Below are positions 36,376 through 48,895 of a stretch of DNA of 64,000 nt, one piece after another. Origin of the DNA: Octopus sinensis (lineage: Eukaryota); assembly GCF_006345805.1 (NCBI RefSeq), contig NC_043010.1:54436001-54500000 (forward strand). Reading direction: 5' to 3'. Made by a program: the position numbers and the translations under genes. Under the pieces are notes generated by a model. It had not been told where the DNA came from, made no database searches, and saw only the letters and a program-made list of their open reading frames with translations. The first letter of the stretch is position 1, and every line of letters begins with the position of its first letter.

Positions 36376-36869
36376 GTGTGTGTATACATGTATATGTTTA
36401 TATTATAAATGAAATAGCGTGTGCGAGGATGAAACTGAATGTAGTGTACCTCTTTATAAAAGAACACAAAATTGAGTCTAACACTGAAAAAATACAGGTA
36501 ATTTGCTACCTTTGTAGAGTGAAGCTAAAATTAATATATGTATTTGAAAGTATGTTCTTTATATATCTTATTGCCAAACTACATTGTTATTGCCTAGAGA
36601 ATTTCTAATTAAATAATCTATCCTAATTTGCATCGCGCACAATATTTAGCAACAGTTTGAACCTTTGTGAGCTTGCATTTACTAAACATCACTGTAAGCT
36701 TAATGGCTCACTAGGGACAAGAGACAGACTACTTGCTGACAAAGCCATCAGTTTCTGTCATCATAGATATAAGAAAAGAAACTGTAAAGAATTTTTTATC
36801 AGTTTTAATAACGATGTCGGCTTTTTTTAGTTTTATTGCGTTTAAGGAAAATGAATAGAATTAAAATTC

Positions 36870-37141
36870 TATGTATGTATGTATGTATATATGTATGTAT
36901 CTATCTATTTATCTATCTCTCTATCTAGGTATCTAAAACCCTATCTATCTATCTTCTCTTGTTATATATATATATATATATTATATATATAGATATATAT
37001 ATATATATATATATATATACGGTTATAAATATATATATGCATAAATATATACGTATATACATACGTACACGTCTATAATACCCACATACACACGCATATA
37101 TATGCATGCAGACATCTTCTACATATCTATATCTATATCTA

Positions 37142-37199
<58 letters not shown>

Positions 37200-37500
37200 T
37201 GTATATCTATATATATATATAAATATGTATATCTATATATGTATATTATATGTATTAATATATGTATATATATTTATTTATAAATATATATAAATATATT
37301 TAGAGAAACACCTGCATACATATATAGGTGTTTATATAATTGTGTATAGATATGTGTATGTATCTACGTATGCATATATATAAACATATATTTATTTATT
37401 TATCTATAACTATCTATCTATATATATAACGAGAGAAGATAGGTAGATAAATAGATATACACATCTGTATATACATATATCTAAGCTATATAATTCAAAA

Positions 37501-37530
<30 letters not shown>
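36870..37530. repeat. Large compound TA/TATC/TC/TG low-complexity block
   Basis: Direct reading. Confidence 0.88.
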
Positions 37531-37533
<3 letters not shown>

Positions 37534-37559
37534 TTGCTTTTTCTGCGTTTCTACAGTTC

Positions 37560-38640
37560 TCATCCAATGTTGATGAAATTCTTATTTTTACATGTTAAAT
37601 TTACCCAGGCAGGTCACTGCCGCGTGACCGATCCCTCCAGATACGCACTTCAGGGAGAAAATCGGTAAAACTGAAGGCAAGAGTTGCATTCGAGAAATGT
37701 TTTTACAGGAACGTCTGATTTTTATAATTTTGATGTTAAAGAACCGTCATGTTGCAATATTTCAGACAAATATTTTGGCACTGCCATCGGGTCTCTGATT
37801 CCCAAGAAAATTGTGAAAAAGTTTGAAAATATTGATTTTTCGTATTTTTGCAATGTTACAAGTTAGGAAACATTTTACTAGAAAATCCGATTTCGTTGGT
37901 TTTTACGGCTCAGAAACTACCATGTAATCGTCGTTCTATAAAGGATCTGTTCTCTATCAAAAAGCATCTCAGTGCGACAAAACAAAAACGCGAAAATCTG
38001 TGAAAAAGTTGATTTTATACACCCTTTTCCCCCTTTAGATCTTGAAATACTTCTAACGAATTCGGTGGATTGCGTTCAAACTTTACGCACTATTTACCCA
38101 TCCTAAGGATAACGTTTGGAGATTCAGATTTGCACAGAATTCATCCGCATATGTCGAAACAATTTCGAAATTCTAAGTAGAAAACCGACTTTTTCCCCCT
38201 TAAATCGCCTATTTTACACTGAATTCGTCCAAATATTACATGAACACTACAGATGACTCAACAATGGTTTTAAACTATTATTAGGTAATACTCTTTGTTT
38301 AACTTGCGACAGATCTATGAAATATTCTGAAACTTCACCTCTTTGCATTTTTGCAGAGTTACACCCAATAAAGCTGATTCAAGGAACGCCCGATTTTTTT
38401 GTTTCGCTCTTTGTTGCAAGAGAAACGCTATGTTGCGTCATTTCTGGAAAGTATCTTCTCCTTGTTCCTGTGCGTCTGGGTCCTACTGAAAACTGCAAAA
38501 CATAGCCACTCCTACCCCTCTAACAGCTTCACCTTTTTGCAGACGGCTATGTGTCGTTCAAACTTCCAATCTCACTCCTTTGCGTGCGAAAATGACTAAT
38601 GGCTCTTAGTTCGCACCGCTTACACCAAATCCCCCATAAT
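37560..38640. mobile_element. Putative non-autonomous DNA transposon body (class unresolved)
   Basis: Higher-GC, microsatellite-free block with recurring short motifs (TTTTCCCCCTT(T)A, GAAAA.CCGA.TT, GAATTCG); no coding signature or termini identified. Confidence 0.25.
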
Positions 38641-38684
38641 TAGACAATATCCTTTCACCACCAATGTAATCAGATAAAATGCCT

Positions 38685-38826
38685 GTGATGGCAAGGCATT
38701 GTGCAATTTGTTAACATTTTCCTACACCTCCGAGACCCACCTCCGGCGTTTGGTTGTTCAACTAATGAATGCTACTTGGGAAAAATCACTTTTTCCTCAA
38801 TGACAATGCTGGCAACTTAACGCTAG
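38685..38826 (+). repeat. Left arm of a spaced inverted repeat (partner 40195-40352)
   Basis: GTGATGGCAAGGCATTGTGCAATTTG...AATGAATGCTACTTG...CAACTTAACGCTAGT. Confidence 0.9.
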
Positions 38827-38841
38827 TATATATATATATAT

Positions 38842-38889
<48 letters not shown>

Positions 38890-38896
38890 TATATAC

Positions 38897-39075
38897 ACAT
38901 TCGCCATGATAGATTGCTAGCCACTACGCATTCTTTATTTTCTCTCTTTGTTTCTTTCTGTCTTCCCTACTGTGGAAGAGCGTAAGCTCGAAATGTCAAA
39001 TACATTTGTAATTTTTATTTCCCGAGAGTTATACAAAAATATCTATTTGTTGTCTACACCACATGTCTTCGTCTT
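38897..39075 (+). mobile_element. Degenerate copy of the 9960-10148 repeat (PLE-like terminal segment)
   Basis: GCTAGCCACTACG...GGAAGAGCGTAAGCTCGAAATGTC...CACCACATGTCTTCGTC. Confidence 0.5.
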
Positions 39076-39464
39076 TTTGGGGGAGTGGGGAACTCTCCAA
39101 CCAATCAGCTTAAGTAATTGAGTGTAACTACACACTGATTGGTCAGAATACAGTTTGCAAAACCTAGCAATCTGGAGCCTACATAGCTGTATTTAAAGTA
39201 CAGATTCAATCATCTCGCTACAGTCAAAAATTGTGAAGCATGACTGTCACCACTACTACATGAACCTGAAGATTGCAGAATTTAATGCATGAACGTACTA
39301 GTTCAATCAGAATGAACATTTAACATTCTATTATTTTATTTTATTTTATTATATTATATTATCTTATATCATTATAAGATTGTAAATAAAACGTGAAAAT
39401 CAGACAAGGTTGGAATTCCTTTTATCAATATATTCTTCTATACACAATCACACACATCCGTATA

Positions 39465-39476
39465 TATCTATATCTA

Positions 39477-39547
<71 letters not shown>

Positions 39548-39630
39548 TATATATATATATAGATATATATATATATATATTATATATATATATACAGATA
39601 GATAGATATAGATATATAGATATATACGTT
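39465..39630. repeat. (TATC)n/(TA)n microsatellite
   Basis: Direct reading. Confidence 0.93.
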
Positions 39631-39889
39631 ATGAGAGGTAGCGGTGTCAAGAGGACCCAAAAGTGTCAGGTAATAACTAGTAAGTGCTATGGACAGACTA
39701 TACTTACGCTCCAGGTTCAGCGGTTATGCTAAAGAGGAATCCAACGTAAGTCATATATTAGCATGCATGTGTATAAAAAAAATTAAGAGAGTGAGACAAA
39801 AATCTAAGGCTGTGAAAGATATGTTCTAAAGCCCTATGGAAATGTTCTGATATCTTTTACAGCCTTGGATTTTTATCTCATTGTGTAAA

Positions 39890-39896
39890 TTATATA

Positions 39897-39932
<36 letters not shown>

Positions 39933-39973
39933 TGTATGTATGTATGTAGTATGTATGTATGTATGTGTGTGTG

Positions 39974-40011
<38 letters not shown>

Positions 40012-40029
40012 ATGATGTATGTATGTATG

Positions 40030-40068
<39 letters not shown>

Positions 40069-40097
40069 ATGTATGTATGTATGTATGTATGTATGTA

Positions 40098-40164
<67 letters not shown>

Positions 40165-40195
40165 ATGTATGTATGTATGTATGTATGTATGTATA
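39890..40195. repeat. About 300-bp alternating (TATG)n/(TG)n microsatellite
   Basis: Direct reading; source of the MYVC and HTYI ORFs. Confidence 0.95.
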
Positions 40196-40352
40196 CTAGG
40201 GTTAAGTTGGCAACATTGTCATTGAGGAAAAAGTGTTTTTTCACAAGTAGCATTCATTAGTTGAACAACCTATTGCCGGAGGTGGTGCTCGAAGTTCGGG
40301 TAATGTTGGTGTAGGAAAATGTTTACAAATTGCACAATGCCTCGCCATTACA
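40195..40352 (-). repeat. Right arm of a spaced inverted repeat (partner 38685-38826)
   Basis: Reverse complement aligns to the left arm with a 13-bp indel and few substitutions; both end in CTAGT at their inner ends. Confidence 0.9.
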
Positions 40353-41754
40353 TATATATATTTATAAGTATCTATATAAATATAGGTGTGTGTCTTTAAA
40401 TAAATCTAGCTTTCTCTAGATCTATTTAAACGAACACTCTGAAGTGAAGCAGATTACATTTTATAGACTGAATTTCTGACTGCGAGTAAGTTTCCCTTAT
40501 CTTTTTATTATATAATTATTGTTTATCATTTAATCACTGCTGCACTCGCTAATTTCAGAGGTACTATACCTAAACAATGGCGCATTTCCCTTTGCAAGAA
40601 GAGCTGTTTGGCTACTTTTTGTGTTTCACTTTATATTATTAAAAATATATATCAGATGTTCTAATACAGATCTGTTCACATTTATACAAACATTACGCAA
40701 AACTACGAATTCTCTCTCGTAATTCTCCTGTTTCAATATAACAAAGCAATATCACATAATTAAAGGCTATTGTCAATTATATTCAGCACGGAGCAATAGA
40801 ATTTTGCTTAAATGAAATGGCAATAGAATTATTCAATCACACGTAATACACGACTTAGTAATCATGAACACAAAATATAACAGGAACAAAATACTCGTTG
40901 TTAATTATTAATAATTGTAATCATTCAAGCAGGCAGCCGTTCTCGTTAGTTCTGCTAAGAACTGCTAAGAATATGATCTGCTAATATATATGTTGACGAT
41001 GTAATTGTGCAATGATTGCGTATATCGTTACAATTTACTCCTTGCAAAAACACGCTGGGACTATTACTGCATGAGTGGTTATATCTGTTAAGTTTGTGGT
41101 TGGATTATTGAAATGTGTACGATGCCTCCATTGAGAGATAGTGTCGTACGCGATGAATGGATTATTGAAACTGTATTACGTCTCCCCCGTTACAAATTGA
41201 ATTAAAAATTGGTAGTAAAAAATTACTTCTATCATTATATTTAATGAATCATGTTTTCATAGCCGATAATGTTTTTTATAATTTATACTGATTTCCCAGG
41301 AGTACGCAATAAAAGTGAAATTTTGACATAGTCAGAATATTGATATATTTGAAACAATCGGTTTTTCCACAATATTTTTTTCTAATATTTTCAGAGAATT
41401 AAAAAGAAGAGAAACAAGAACAATTATGGTGTCTGTATAATATTGAAGTATGTGTAAATTCATTCAGTATGTTAAATGGCCGTTACAAGTATGATATTAA
41501 AATATAATGTCTTATAATCTTGTGCGTGGCGTTATGTATCTTTTTTGAAGAAGTTTATAAGAGTTTGTATTTCATAAGTTTAATATTGTTTAATATTGTA
41601 TTTAAGTCGTTCTAAGTGCCTGAATATTCAATTCTATTACCAAAACCTCAGTCCTTTCGGTTCAATACCACAGTCATTATGAGAAAATCTTTCATGCAGG
41701 CGGTGAATAATAAGATGAGAAGTTGTATTTCTTAAGGGTAGTGTGAATTCAGTC

Positions 41755-42160
41755 TTTCAAAATGTGGTACTTACCCATTTCAATTGTTGATACTCTACAA
41801 AAGTTATGTATATTTGCTGAGAAGATTTTGAGGAGATGTGATATAAACTTACTTTTGTATCAAACTGTCAATGATCCGAGTGTGTTGAACAAATGTCGTA
41901 AAAAGGAAACGTTTTTCTCCTATGGTGCTCACTACAGCAACCAGCATATTTTGCGACTCAATTTGCATAGCCATATTGAGAATAAATGGACAAACGTATG
42001 TTTTAGCACAACGATATTTAATCAGTTTGCAAATATAGACACCAATCAGCCAAGAATTTATTCGCTGACAGTATTAACAGAGCCAGTGGCTTCGTTTATA
42101 CTTAGAGATCCAGCTGCTACCGACTGACGTGTCTCAAAACGCCGAAACACCGTTGAAGCA
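41755..42160 (+). mobile_element. Possible very old Penelope GIY-YIG remnant
   Basis: Frameshifted similarity to NVVY-ISC..QKLYIGE, and a decayed CTGACG...CCGAAAC motif at about 42125-42150; weak. Confidence 0.25.
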
Positions 42161-42329
42161 GAATATCCTGCAACAATGTGTCGAGTGTGTTCAACGTAAT
42201 GTCGACGTAAAAGGTAGGAATTATTTTACTATGACACTTACTACAGCAAACTACCAAGACGTTATCTTATAATAATTATGCCTGTAATTACATTACTTAG
42301 ACCGTCGGTAGGGCTTTCACGTGATTAGA

Positions 42330-42720
42330 GAAGGAGAAAGCGGAGAAAGAATAGATGGAGAGAGAAAGAAAGAGAGAAGCGTCCATGGCATGAGTTGGAA
42401 GGAATGTAATTGTAACGCTTTCAAGTGATTGAATGAAGGGAAAGAGGAAAAAAAGGGGAGAGGAAAGAGATTAAGGCGAAGAGGGAGAGAGAAAGATAGA
42501 GAGAGAAAAGACGGCGAGAGAGAAAGAGAGTCCATGAAGTGTGGTAGGGGGAACGTAATATGTTTTACGTGGTTAAAAATGTTAGTTGAATGTAGTGATA
42601 TAGAGAAAGTGAGTTAGAAATATAATTTTAGGAGAGGAGTGTTGTTCGGATTGTAAGGTTAAAGAAAGACACAGAGAGAAGGAGAAGAGAAAGAGGCGGG
42701 AGAGAGACGGAAACAGAGTG
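42330..42720. repeat. Purine-rich (GA/GGA) low-complexity tract
   Basis: Direct reading. Confidence 0.8.
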
Positions 42721-43033
42721 AGTTCCAGAGGGGGATGATGAAGGTGGTATTTATGCTATCCAACACTTTTTGCAGAAACACTAATGACCCGGACAAAAAC
42801 ATAGCAACACGGGTCGTCAAGATGTTAAGAAGGAAAGACCGCGTGTGTATCGTTGGTGATTTTCTTTCTCCGTCTCCTCTTCCTTGGATCTTTCCTTTGC
42901 CTATGTTTCTGGCGAAGAGATCTGCTCGAAACGTTAAATCCTCCTTCTTTCTTTCCTTTCCTGAGCGTCCAATAACACCATACTTGTTTCACGTCCTCAC
43001 CTTGCTGTGTTTTCTCTTTGTTCATGTTTGTAT

Positions 43034-43069
<36 letters not shown>

Positions 43070-43075
<6 letters not shown>

Positions 43076-43235
43076 CGAGACAGATTTGCTTGACTTTCCA
43101 TCTACCACATGCACATTCACCCACCACGCACAACAGCTTGGAGGGTTTAAGATTGTAGTAGAATACATTTGTTGAAGGATCCAGGTAGTGGGACTGAACC
43201 AAGAACCATATGGCCAGAAAGCAAAATTCTTACCT
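43070..43235 (-). mobile_element. SINE A 5' half, old
   Basis: GTAGTGGGACTGAACCAAGAACCATATGG...GCAAAATTCTTACC. Confidence 0.6.
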
Positions 43236-44262
43236 CAAAGGGTAATCATTTAGGTGTGGCTAGACTTAAATGTTTACGTTGACTGAAAGAATTTAATTAA
43301 TAAGATGAGGTGCATTGAAAAGAGTTGCGGGCTATTTTTTAAGAGAGGCTGTTATAACTCTCCAAGATTATTATATCTTCAGTACATCTTTATGATTTAT
43401 CTGATACTCTGACCTACCAACTTCGATCTTCTTCTTAGATTTTATATTTACACCAAACGAAAGATTTAGCGATGTTTAAAGAAGTATTCCTAACAGTAGC
43501 AACAAACATTAAAATTTGCTTTAATTTTGCACATAACAGTAATGAATAATCTATTCAATTTGGGATGTACAAATCTCCTGTAAAGTCGGCGCATTTCAGA
43601 TTTATGAAATAAATAATTTAGCTTTCCTGAAGCTATCTATGCAAACTATTTGGTAAATGATTACGGAAATATACCACAATTTGATATATATTTAAAGAAC
43701 TGACAGTAAATATCAGTAACATTACCCGCTTGTTTGTGAGGGTATATTTTCAGTTGTAGTAATGTCACATGTGATGAGACTTCTTGAATAGTACGTAATG
43801 ATATCTTTAGCCTCCGCTTTTGGAATTTCGAGAAGCATTATTGTTTTTAATATTCACCGTTTATTGCATCCGCAGGCTTGAATGAAAAGTCAATTTTTAT
43901 CCTTTTTATCTGCTATCATATATCTCGGATATATTTCACGCTTGATAATATATTTATCCACTACTTCTGTAGACGCTTAATGATTACATTGTTCGGTATG
44001 GTTCATTCAGGATAGTGAAAATTGTGGAAGTCTGCAATTTCAAAGATTCGTTAGTTAATGAAAGGTATATTTGTGTGAGAGAAGTTGTCAGCAAATGAGG
44101 TCATCTCATGAATGTTTTATTGGAATTTGCAAGCTACTCTAGAACGTGCAATTGCCTAAGTTACCATCTATCGCAAGACAATACGTGATGTTATTTTTAC
44201 TTATACTAATAGTCAGAACTGTTTCAAACTTTCAAGAACATTTATTAATACATGCACTGAAG

Positions 44263-44659
44263 ACGTATGGTGGTGGAAGCACTCCGTCGGTTACGACGAC
44301 GAGGGTTCCGGTTGATCAGAATCAACGGAACAGCCTGCTCGGGAAATTAACGTGTAAGTGGCTGAGTACTCCACAGACACGTCTACCCTTAACGTAGTTC
44401 TCGGGGATATTCAGCGTGACACAGAGAGTGACAAGGCCGGCCCTTTGAAATACAGGTACAACAGAAACAGGAAGTAAGAGTGAGATAAAGTTGTGGTGAA
44501 AGAGTACAGCAGGGATCACCACCATCCCCTGCCGGAGCCTCGTGGAGCTTTAGGTGTTTTCGCTCAATAAACACTCACAACGCCCGGTCTGGGAATCGAA
44601 ACCGCGATCCTATGACCGCGAGTCCGCTGCCCTAACCACTGGGCCATTGCGCCTCCACT
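44263..44659 (-). mobile_element. SINE family C, full length, with 7-bp TSD
   Basis: Inverted near-identical copy of 28783-29170; ACTGAAG at 44256-44262 and 44660-44666. Confidence 0.93.
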
Positions 44660-44714
44660 ACTGAAGTTGTATATAGAGACATATATGCAGAGAAAATATG
44701 TTCACTTAAATATA

Positions 44715-44910
44715 AAAGTATAATAGCTGTATATGTGGAGCTGGCAGAATTGTTACAATGCGGGCCAAAATGTTTAGTGGTATTTCTTCCAACTTTACGT
44801 TCTGTGTTCAAATTCCGTGGAGCACGACTTTGTTTTTACTCTATTCAGGATCGATAGAATAAGTACCTTTTCAATTCTGGGGCCAATATAATTGGTTTAT
44901 CCCCTCGCTA
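44715..44910 (+). mobile_element. SINE B, old and degenerate
   Basis: GGAGCTGGCAGAATTGTTA...ACGTTCTGTGTTCAAATTCC...GATCGATAGAATAAGTACC. Confidence 0.7.
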
Positions 44911-45015
44911 CCAGAATACATGAATTCTTTTTCGAACGAAAAATATTGTAACTCCACTACACTTGACTTTAAAGAGGTTTAAAATGGAGTAATAAGAGTA
45001 ACTGTATTGAATGGT

Positions 45016-45560
45016 CTATAATCTTGAGGGCCCTTCTTTTAGCGTTAATATTAAAGAGTGTAAGTTGGGTATAATGGAATCTCTTGCCATCCGTAAATCA
45101 TTTGGGCCTAAAACATTAAATAAATACATACAGGTGATCCTGTCTGCAACTATACGTTTTCGGCTACTTTTGTGAAAGTATATACAAGTAATGTGGTAGA
45201 TAATATCTAGTTTGCTTACAGGGTTTCGAATCCGGATAGAAAAATTCTTATGACTAGCAGCCATCTAACTGCTCAGTCATTAAATAAAAACATTTTTCTG
45301 TTTGGAATTTTGGACTGGTCCTGCACAAGGCTATATCTTATAAATAAGAATTTGCGCCCATATTGTAACTTGTGATATACTTCATTGTGAATTTCCTATA
45401 GGGTTCTTTCCGTCCTGACAATGTGGTCATTGCCGGGGTGTTCTTTAACTTGCAATCGGACCGCGGCAGTCAGATCCCGAAATGGCCATAGATGTGATTG
45501 TTGACCAACTCTTTTTCCAGAACCCTCTTATGCTCAGTAGAAAGTTTTTTGTTGTTTGTA
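45016..45560 (-). mobile_element. Possible old Penelope-like remnant
   Basis: Minus translation KNFSIR...SKLDIIYHITC...RKR resembles the PLE pre-GIY-YIG pattern; many stops, weak. Confidence 0.25.
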
Positions 45561-45899
45561 TTACTATTCGTGTAACCATTTCTCCGTTTTCTCGTTTTCT
45601 TCTTTTTTTCACTCTTTTGTCTCACACATTTTTACTTGCTTCCTTCGAAATGTTTAATGCCTTTAGCTTAGATTTTAGGGGCTAACTAATATTGAACAAT
45701 CTCAAGTGGAACCGGCCGATTTGGGATTGAAAAACTATTCAAATGAGTCCTTCGAAGTTAACTAAATTCTATATTTTTATGCAGCTGAACTTTTCTCTAC
45801 ATTTTAAATTGATGCAATGTTTACATTGTTCAATTAAATGGAGCAGTATGAAACGATAGTACTGCGTTACCACTGGATATCCTCGTTGCTTATTTTGAG

Positions 45900-45901
45900 A
45901 G

Positions 45902-45985
<84 letters not shown>

Positions 45986-46190
45986 AAAGGGGAAAGTAAA
46001 AAAAAAATGAATCGAATAGGATAAAACTTCCGGATATTGAATCAGGATTGCCATGTCAAAATAATATTCTTCATTTCGCAGCTTTGTATGAACTGATGTA
46101 CTTAAACGCTAAATAAGTAGTAGAGTTATACCTTGTTATATATATATATATATATATACATGCATATACATGCATATAATGCATATATAC

Positions 46191-46247
<57 letters not shown>

Positions 46248-46433
46248 ATATTATTTCATTACTCTTCAACACTTTCGCATGAATGACGTTTTCCCTCCAT
46301 TTCTCATTTGCACGTGCGCCTACGCAGCCGCAACACATGCTCGACCGCTCTTACATTAACAAACACGCACACATACATATCTGTCTCTCTTTCTTTCTCT
46401 CTATACACACACACACAATACGTATATATATAT

Positions 46434-46504
<71 letters not shown>

Positions 46505-46505
46505 C
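45900..46505. repeat. (TA)n tracts and a (GATA)n tract
   Basis: Tracts at 45900-45985, 46140-46245 and 46430-46505. Confidence 0.9.
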
Positions 46506-47474
46506 GTAAATATGTACAGATATATATGAAGAGGGAAATTTTTAGACTGTGATATATGTGTAGGTGTATTCATATTGTACCGAATGTTGTGTGAACAATA
46601 CATTTTAAATTAAATTACATGCTTTATAACTTCAAATCTACTAATGTACATGGAATCGAATACCGACGCAGATCACAGCCCTATCTTAATTCAGACGACC
46701 GTGTAAATCATGACCAGAGACCTGATGGCAGGATATTTCGTCCAACATACTTGATTGCTATAAATATTCTTATATATATATACTAGCGAAAGAGGTAATA
46801 TTAATAAAATAAAGCTACTTGTAAAATTGATGCTGTGTTAGAACTAGGACAGAAAATATCTTCTCGGTTTTCGGTTCAATTAAGCACACGTAATTACATC
46901 TATAGAGGGAAGAGGAATTTACCGCCCTCACGTCGCCAAGACTACCTGATCTCTGCTAGTGATATACATACTATTCCAGTTCCTAAACCTGTATCTGTCG
47001 CAGTTTTCTGTGTTCTAACACAACACCCATTTTTAAATGGGGATAAATATCACTTTTTAGCATTAATGCAAATTCGGTCTCTCAAATAAATTTTAAAATA
47101 AACCCACTGGCTATATATTTTAGGCATTGCTATTCCATGTATATCGCTAGCAAATATATAGCTGCTAAGTTCAGCTTTCGAGTGTCTACCATTAACAAGG
47201 CCAGAGAAGTTCGAAATCCTGTGATCTAGTTGTCTTGACTATGGTAATATCGGGTGGTTTGTCTACTCGTGAATGATGCAAGCAAGAAGTTTTCAAACTT
47301 TTGAAGTCATGATATTTCTACTGCATTTCTTTCCCTTTTCACAATTGCTGGAGAAGACATTAAATTGTTGTCCCAGGGGATATCATTACTTCCGATGCTG
47401 TCCAAGTCTTGCTTAACTATCTGTACCTCTTTCAAAATTTTTGAAATATTTTTCTCGGTGATAATCTTCAATAA

Positions 47475-47640
47475 TATTCCTTCCTACTATAGGCACAAGA
47501 CCTGAAATTTGGGAGTAGGGAACTAGTCGATTACATCGACGCTAGTGTTTCACTGGTACTTAATATATCGACTCTGAAAGAATGAACGGAAAAGTCGATC
47601 TCAGCGGAATTTGAACTCCGAACGTAAAGGCGGACAAAAA
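47475..47640 (-). mobile_element. SINE B2, 5'-truncated
   Basis: Reverse complement has the B core and the tail CTCCCAAATTTCAGGTCTTGTGCCTATAGTAG. Confidence 0.78.
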
Positions 47641-47736
47641 TGCATCCTCTTTCTTGTTTCAGTCATTTGACTGGCCATTCTGGAGTACCGCATTTTATAT
47701 CTCACTCTACCATCTCTCTGTTTCACACACACACAG

Positions 47737-47785
<49 letters not shown>

Positions 47786-47795
47786 GCAGTATATA

Positions 47796-47836
<41 letters not shown>

Positions 47837-47952
47837 TAAATTATAAGATTGTTACCACTATGTGGTTAGCTCTAGTGCTAAAAATAGCTCCGATTACTGG
47901 TATAGCCACAGAAAGTTGCTTCCAAGAAGAAATAACATTACATTTAACGGAA

Positions 47953-48341
47953 GGAATGTGAAATATAACGAAAAATTCTATATACCAGTGTATAATCAGT
48001 ACTCGTAATAAAGTACGATTTTACATTGGAAGCACATCGTTAGAGTTATCTAAAAGAATTTCTATCCATTACTCAACATTTAGGGATAGAAATAAACGGA
48101 ATAGTACCGGTCTCAGCAAACTGATTTGGGATTTAAAAGACCATAATGAACAATTTCATTTAGAATGGTTGATCCTCTCAATTTCGATACCATATATGAC
48201 AAAGGTAAGAAATTCTGTCTTCTCTGCAATTCTGAGCTATTTTTCATTATTTTTTCTAAAACTACTCTAGTAAACACGGTTATAGAGCGAGCATACAGAT
48301 GTAAGCATTGGCAAAAAGATACATTTAGTGCATATAAGTAG
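47953..48341 (+). mobile_element. Penelope-like element: GIY-YIG endonuclease C-terminus (one stop, one frameshift)
   Basis: GM*NITKNSIYQCIISTRNKVRFYIGSTSLELSKRISIHYSTFRDRNKRNSTGLSKLIWDLKD...LEWLILSISIPY / DKGKKFCLLCNSELFFI...LVN...RCKHWQKDTFSAYK*; shows the IY..YIG motif, the R..H motif and the PLE-type C..C..E...N...CxH tail. Confidence 0.82.
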
Positions 48342-48541
48342 TCTCTATCATTATATATAATTTAAACTTTAATTTCCTTTATATTTAACATTCCCTATTA
48401 ATATCCCTACTCTTTCTGTTAGCTACTTAAGACGTTATATCATCTAACGTTTTTTAAACAATATTAATAGCGTTCTGTCTATCGCTATACAAATCCATCA
48501 TTTTTTGCTAAAATGTCGTATTGACGAGTTTCGTTTTTTTC

Positions 48542-48627
48542 ACTTTCCCGAAGAGAAGATTGCATTGTTTATACCCTTTATTCTTTTGAATAGTATCAGT
48601 GGAATTTTCGAAACATGTGTCGAAAGT
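48542..48627 (+). ncRNA. Type-I hammerhead ribozyme with U4C core variant and 55-nt extended stem II
   Basis: ACUUUC-CCGAAGA-[GAAGAUU...AAUUUUC]-GAAAC-AUGU-GUC-GAAAGU. Stem I is 6 perfect bp; G10.1-C11.1; predicted cleavage after 48621; about 200 nt downstream of the GIY-YIG stop. Confidence 0.85.
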
Positions 48628-48667
48628 AAAAATACTTGCTTACACCTGCGTTAACTCCATTTTTTAT

Positions 48668-48685
48668 TCATATATATAAATATAT

Positions 48686-48739
<54 letters not shown>

Positions 48740-48895
48740 TATATAAATACATAAATATATATATATATATGCATATAAATATGTATGTATGTACGTATGT
48801 GTATATATATGTACATATATATATATATATATATACATAAATATATATATTCATATATATATATAGGTGTACATACATACGCACATACATATAAT
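48668..48895. repeat. (TA)n-rich microsatellite
   Basis: Direct reading. Confidence 0.92.

Noticed and set aside
38960-39000. GGAAGAGCGTAAGCTCGAAATGTC (and GGCTCGAAACGTA at about 10040-10055) as hammerheads
   Set aside because: No CUGA core and no stem I in either copy; at most remnants of a family whose consensus needs checking.
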